Below are positions 56,938 to 64,000 of a DNA stretch of 64,000 nucleotides, one piece after another. The stretch lies in contig CAXHJY010001034.1 in NCBI GenBank assembly GCA_964016885.1, positions 1-64,000 on the forward strand, read 5' to 3'. The notes under the pieces were generated by a model that was given only the letters and a program-made list of their open reading frames with translations, was not told the DNA's origin and made no database searches. Numbering within the stretch: the first letter of the stretch is position 1; each line of letters starts with the position of its first letter. Position numbers and translations under genes: made by a program. This DNA is from Eledone cirrhosa. Its lineage: Eukaryota.

Positions 56938-56940
<3 letters not shown>
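53469..56940 (-). mobile_element. Young 5'-truncated Tx1/L1-clade LINE with its 3' end duplicated in inverted orientation
   Basis: Uninterrupted ORF2 from SYLDRFLV..SDH (APE end) through RT (RQGCPLS, AYADD) to CPRC..EETVAHALVHC; 53469-53786 is the reverse complement of 56623-56940. Confidence 0.93.
53732..56622 (-). pseudogene. N-terminally truncated but stop-free LINE ORF2 (~960 aa)
   Basis: ORF track 1002 aa; the first ~39 aa come from the inverted repeat, not the element's coding sequence. Confidence 0.85.
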
Positions 56941-56991
<51 letters not shown>

Positions 56992-57054
56992 TACATACAT
57001 ATATATATACATATATAGATACATACATATATATATACATATATATATATATAC

Positions 57055-57087
<33 letters not shown>

Positions 57088-57120
57088 CATATATATATAC
57101 ATATATACATATATATATAC

Positions 57121-57158
<38 letters not shown>

Positions 57159-57208
57159 ATACATATATATATACATATATATATATATACATACATATAT
57201 ATAAATAC

Positions 57209-57249
<41 letters not shown>

Positions 57250-57296
57250 CATATATATAAATACATATATATAAATATATATATATATATACATAC

Positions 57297-57349
<53 letters not shown>

Positions 57350-57352
<3 letters not shown>

Positions 57353-57955
57353 GGTGGCTGCCAACTCGTTTTCGAGTACGGCCACTACTTTATATCCATG
57401 TAGGAGAACCCCTACCGATGCGCTGAACGAATGTGACTTTTTAATCCAGCCAGCGACTTGAAATCTCTGGTACAAAGACTACACTTGTGACCATTATTGA
57501 CACATAGTGCAGGGCCCATGGTACCATGTGATGACAAGTGCAGAGAGATCTCCAGATATAAAGCAATGCCTGTGCTGTGAAGCTTTTATAGTGAGCAAAG
57601 GCACTGCACAAAGCCAGTCCCACTCTCTTAACCAAGATGATATTTACCAAAAAGAAGAACAAGTCAACATCATTGGATACCATCAGGGTTGCAGGTGTTA
57701 TATCAGAGTTTTCCTTCTCCTAGAATTCTGCCTTGACAAAGGGGTCATCTCTCCCGGTGATTTTGGATGGCTATTGACTCTTAAGAGCTCCCTTGCCCTT
57801 TGACAGGTTTTGTTTTTAGTCCTGCAGGATGTCCAAAATCACCCTTCTCACCAAGAAACCTTGGTGGGGTTGCCAGTTTAGTCGCCAACGACCCGACCAT
57901 GAGACAGGTTGTACTGGGATACATGATACCAGTAGCACCAACTGGTGACCTGACA
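57350..57955 (-). mobile_element. Solo copy of the ~610-bp RTE-derived non-autonomous element
   Basis: Same ends (ATGGTGGCTGCCAAC...GGTGACCTGAC) as the 33881-35770 units. Confidence 0.8.
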
Positions 57956-57960
57956 TATAT

Positions 57961-57999
<39 letters not shown>

Positions 58000-58083
58000 C
58001 ATATGATGGCTGCCCCCTCGTTATTGAGTATGGCCATTGCACGAGGAGAAAAAAAAATTAATAAATAAATAAAAAAAAAAAAG

Positions 58084-58142
<59 letters not shown>

Positions 58143-58310
58143 CATACACATATACATACACATATACACACACACACATATATACACACACACATACATT
58201 AATAACAATAATAATAACGACAACAACAATAATAATATACATATACATATATATATACACATACACGCACACACATAAACATATCTATACACACACACAC
58301 ACACACACAC

Positions 58311-59861
58311 GCAACTAACAGCGCTGCGATCGAATGTGGCTTTTTAACCCAGCCAATGATCTAAAATGTCTTGCACAAAGTCGGCAACCAAAACATTCAC
58401 TGGGAATAGTCGGCTGTGGTTGGAGTTCGTGCACTTTTGCATGTCGCTTGAGCCCTCCTGTTGATTTACATTCTCTACCACATGTTTGGCAAGCATGATG
58501 AGTAGCATCTCCAACAGCAGCCTGGTAGTCAACCACTGGTCTCACTTTATGACTGCGAAGATGACTTTTGAGTCCAGCTTTGCTTAGGCAGAGTCTCGCA
58601 CAGACGCTGCATGTCAGCACCATAGGAGGACCCTCGCCGTCTGGAAGTGCAACAGCAATGCCCTTCCTCACATCCGGCTTTACTTTCTCGTATGCGATTC
58701 GAGATGCCTCAAAGGCAATTTTTCCCTCATATACAGCCTTTCTCCATTTATTACGATCAGCAGCAATATTTTCCCATGTATCAGCAGAGATGTTAGCGTC
58801 TCTCAGAGAGGCTTTCAAGGAATCCTTATACCTCTTTTTTAGTTTATGTGGCGGTCGTTTTCCTTTAACCAACTCTCCATAAAGGAGTTGTTTTGGTATT
58901 CTAGAATCCTTCATCCTGACAAGGTGACCACTCCAACGGAGTCATTGCTTAAGCACAAGAGCTTCTATACTGTCACACATAGAGCTTTCCAAAATCTCGA
59001 CATCACTGATGTGGTCCCTCCAATGAACGCCATGGATCCGTCTGAGACACATCTGATGGAAACGCTCCAATTGCTTAATGCATTCGCATTAATTTTCAAA
59101 TGTCATGATTATCTGTTCGCATTATTTTGAGTTAATCAAACTCAAGAGGGTTATCAATTTTATTTGTTTGTAATTTTCTTAATTTTCTATGTGCAGGCTT
59201 GAAATTTTGTCAGATGTTTAAGGTGGTGTCGATATGTGACCCAGGTCTCGCAGGCATAAAGAAGACAAGAGAGCACACATGCCCTGTACACCTTTACCTT
59301 TGTCCTCCTGCATATGTCTCGCCGACCCCAGAGTCGCCTTTCTAGCTTTCCGAAAGCATCACTTGCTTTCCTAATCCTAAGTGAGATTTCACTATCAAGG
59401 TTGCTGTATCGATTGACAGTGCTTCCCAGGTAGACAAACTGATCAACCACTCCAAGTCGTTTGCCATACACATAGATGTTTGGTTCAGTGTACTGTTTAC
59501 CAGGGGCAGGTTGGTACATGACGACGGTTTTCTTGAGACTGACAGTCAATCCTAGAGCAGTACAAGCGTCAGAAAATGCATTCAAAATGTCCTGCATATC
59601 ACTCTCTGTGTACGCTACAAGATCGCAATCATCTGCATACAAGAGGTCTCTTATGATTGATGTAAATACTTTTGTCTTCGCAGCAAAGCGCCTGACGTTA
59701 AATATGCTGCCTGAGGTTCGATATTGGATGTAAACACCATGCTCGCAATTCCTGAATGCAATACAGAAAACCATTGCAAAGTATATGGCAAACAGGGTCG
59801 GTGCTGGAATATCCCCCTGTTTCACTCCATTTTTTACTGAGATAGGCTCCGACATGTTACC
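58311..59861 (-). mobile_element. RTE (BovB-like) LINE 3' half with C2H2 fingers, interrupted at ~59075-59215
   Basis: [34 protein letters not shown], three C2H2 motifs; homologous to 40240-41650. Confidence 0.9.
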
Positions 59862-60944
<1,083 letters not shown>

Positions 60945-60950
<6 letters not shown>

Positions 60951-61575
60951 ATTTTTTTTTTTTGAAAGTGTTCGTTGTAAGAAACGAGAAACATATATAT
61001 ATATATCGTGAAATGCGACAGTTAGTTGATGCGTGAGAGAAAAAGTCTGTCTGAACGCGAATTTCACATCTGCGTGGTGTGTTCGTTTCTTTGACCGAGT
61101 ATTTTCATAGTTTGTCAATAAATTTGCTGTGTATTCGTAATGTTACTCACACACCACCAGATTCTGCTATTTTTTTCTTTTTTCGGGGTGACCACTTATA
61201 ACAATGAACGGCTGCGTGTTGGTATCACGTCAGGGTTACCAATATGGTGAAGATACTGGGTTGTATGAATGTAACAAGGAGACATGGTTTGTGTGTATAA
61301 TATTTAATCAACAATTTAACAGTATAGTTGACATGTCAATGAATAAACGAAAGAATGAAGCAAAGTTAGTAGTTACCGTTTTGATTGCCAGGCAAACGCT
61401 GCTGGCAGAAGACGCCTGGCAAAGGCCAGGCGCCGGAAAGGCAAATGAGAGAGTGAGAACTTAAAGTTGTTAGTTTTATAGGGTTCTGACCGGAAGTTAC
61501 AGAAAGGGTTCTACTTCCCGTCTAGATGTTGTTAATCTATTGGGGTTGTGAGTCACAACAAGGGAGGCCACTGCT

Positions 61576-61613
<38 letters not shown>

Positions 61614-61972
61614 GTAAGAAACACAGTAAACCGTGTGTCTAAAATTACAAGGGTTGAAAAACCACATTTGTTTGAAATATTTAACCAAGAAGCAGACAGA
61701 ATGATAAAATATACAAACCGCCTCAATAACCATTATATCTCTCGGACAGATTATCCCTAATCTGTTTCGCCCTGAGTGTGTTTGTAACAGATAATCCTGG
61801 GCTTCATCAGCGAGAGAATCTGATTAAATGCCACAAACACTATTTGCCAACGTTCACACAGAAAGATGAATTTGTCACCTCGTGCGCCGCTAGTCAAACG
61901 TGGTAAGCGTGTATTGAATAGAAATAACAGTCAAACACACACAACTTAATAAGCTAAACTCTAATTTTCATT
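60945..61972 (-). mobile_element. ~1 kb non-coding hammerhead-bearing element, copy 1
   Basis: Near-identical to 62820-63850; no recognisable ORF. Confidence 0.7.
61738..61817 (-). ncRNA. Canonical type I hammerhead ribozyme
   Basis: Minus strand: TCTCTCG-CTGATGA-AGCCC[loop]GGGC-GAAA-CAGATTA-GGGA-TAATCTG-TC-CGAGAGA; full core, GUC cleavage triplet, all three stems paired. Confidence 0.92.
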
Positions 61973-61994
61973 ATACATATATATATGTATATAC

Positions 61995-62035
<41 letters not shown>

Positions 62036-62140
62036 CATTTATATATATACATATATATATACATATATATATATACATATATATATATACATATATATAC
62101 ATTTATATATATACATATATATATACATATATATATATAC

Positions 62141-62185
<45 letters not shown>

Positions 62186-62186
62186 C

Positions 62187-62231
<45 letters not shown>

Positions 62232-62426
62232 CATATATATATATACATATATATATATACATATATATATATACATATATATATATGTATACATATATAT
62301 ATATACATATATATATACATATATATATATACATATATATATATACATATATATATACATATATATATATACATATATATATACATATATATATATACAT
62401 ATATATATACATACATATATATATAC

Positions 62427-62471
<45 letters not shown>

Positions 62472-62561
62472 CGTATATATATATACATATATATATATAT
62501 ACATATATATATATACATATATATATATACATATATATATATACATATATATATATACATA

Positions 62562-62597
<36 letters not shown>

Positions 62598-62610
62598 CAT
62601 ACATATATAT

Positions 62611-62800
62611 TGTTTAATATAAGGAACTGTTTCATTGTTTTATTCATTATTTGTTTAATATTTTATCTTGACTCTGTATACCGTTTATCTTTCACCGAAA
62701 GTGATTTTTCATTACATCTCTTCTTTCCATGATATCCGGAATACATTGAGTTCTTCGTACGGATTGGACACTACCGTAAACTCTTGGTAGATTTATCTAC
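62611..62800 (+). mobile_element. 3' fragment of the 50466-50910 element
   Basis: Near-identical to ~50721-50910. Confidence 0.85.
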
Positions 62801-62819
62801 ATATATATATACATATATA

Positions 62820-63454
62820 TATATATATATTTTTTTTTTTTTGAAAGTGTTCGTTGTAAGAAACGAGAAACATATATATATATATCGTGAAATGCGACAG
62901 TTAGTTGATGCGTGAGAGAAAAAGTCTGTCTGAACGCGAATTTCACATCTGCGTGGTGTGTTCGTTTCTTTGACCGAGTATTTTCATAGTTTGTCAATAA
63001 ATTTGCTGTGTATTCGTAATGTTACTCACACACCACCAGATTCTGCTATTTTTTTCTTTTTTCGGGGTGACCACTTATAACAATGAACGGCTGCGTGTTC
63101 GTATCACGTCAGGGTTACCAATATGGTGAAGATACTGGGTTGTATGAATGTAACAAGGAGACATGGTTTGTGTGTATAATATTTAATCAAGTATTTAACA
63201 GTATAGTTGACATGTCAATGAATAAACGAAAGAATGAAGCAAAGTTAGTAGTTACCGTTTTGATTGCCAGGCAAACGCAGGCTGGCAGAAGACGCCTGGC
63301 AAAGGCCAGGCGCCGGAAAGGCAAATGAGAGAGTGAGAACTTAAAGTTGTTAGTTTTATAGGGTTCTGACCGGAAGTTACAGAAAGGGTTCTACTTCCCG
63401 TCTAGATGTTGTTAATCTATTGGGGTTGTGAGTCACAACAAGGGAGGCCACTGC

Positions 63455-63493
<39 letters not shown>

Positions 63494-63850
63494 GTAAGAA
63501 ACACAGTAAACCGTGTGTCTAAAATTACAAGGGTTGAAAAACCACATTTGTTTGAAATATTTAACCAAGAAGCAGACAGAATGATAAAATATACAAACCG
63601 CCTCAATAACCATTATATCTCTCGGACAGATTATCCCTAATCTGTTTCGCCCTGAGTGTGTTTGTAACAGATAATCCTGGGCTTCATCAGCGAGAGAATC
63701 TGATTAAATGCCACAAACACTATTTGCCAACGTTCACACAGAAAGATGAATTTGTCACCTCGTGCGCCGCTAGTCAAACGTGGTAAGCGTGTATTGAATA
63801 GAAATAACAGTCAAACACACACAACTTAATAAGCTAAACTCTAATTTTCA
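62820..63850 (-). mobile_element. ~1 kb non-coding hammerhead-bearing element, copy 2
   Basis: Direct repeat of 60945-61972 at ~1880 bp offset, few differences. Confidence 0.7.
63618..63697 (-). ncRNA. Canonical type I hammerhead ribozyme (second copy)
   Basis: Identical to 61738-61817. Confidence 0.92.
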
Positions 63851-63873
63851 TATACATATATATATGTATATAC

Positions 63874-63914
<41 letters not shown>

Positions 63915-64000
63915 CATTTATATATATACATTTATATATATACATATATATATATACATATATATATATACATATATATATATACATATATATATATATA

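Noticed and set aside
53469-56940. DNA transposon with terminal inverted repeats
   Set aside because: The interior encodes APE/RT, not a transposase, and the repeat is the LINE's own 3' end
61204-63613. Short duplicated ORFs (78-86 aa)
   Set aside because: No recognisable domain, and one is frameshifted between the two copies

Overview
This is eukaryotic, repeat-saturated DNA, very likely an octopus (cephalopod) genome, judged from the tRNA-derived SINEs, huge (TA)n-type microsatellites and LINE content. The only host gene is an intronless, uninterrupted ~12.4 kb minus-strand ORF (6513-18929, ~4138 aa). It encodes a HAP2/GCS1 (fusexin, gamete fusogen)-like protein that appears to lack the cd fusion loop and carries a ~3400 aa low-complexity/17-aa-repeat insertion after its membrane anchor. 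The rest of the window holds LINE fragments (RTE, PHD-finger RTE-like, Tx1/L1, CR1, CRE-like), Penelope-like elements, SINEs and two satellites (85 bp and 70 bp). It also holds about a dozen hammerhead-ribozyme motifs, including two textbook type I copies. Many of these sit in fold-back (inverted-repeat) inserts embedded in (TA)n tracts. Most ORF-track entries are microsatellite or antisense artefacts. All family calls come from motif recognition by eye; no searches were run.
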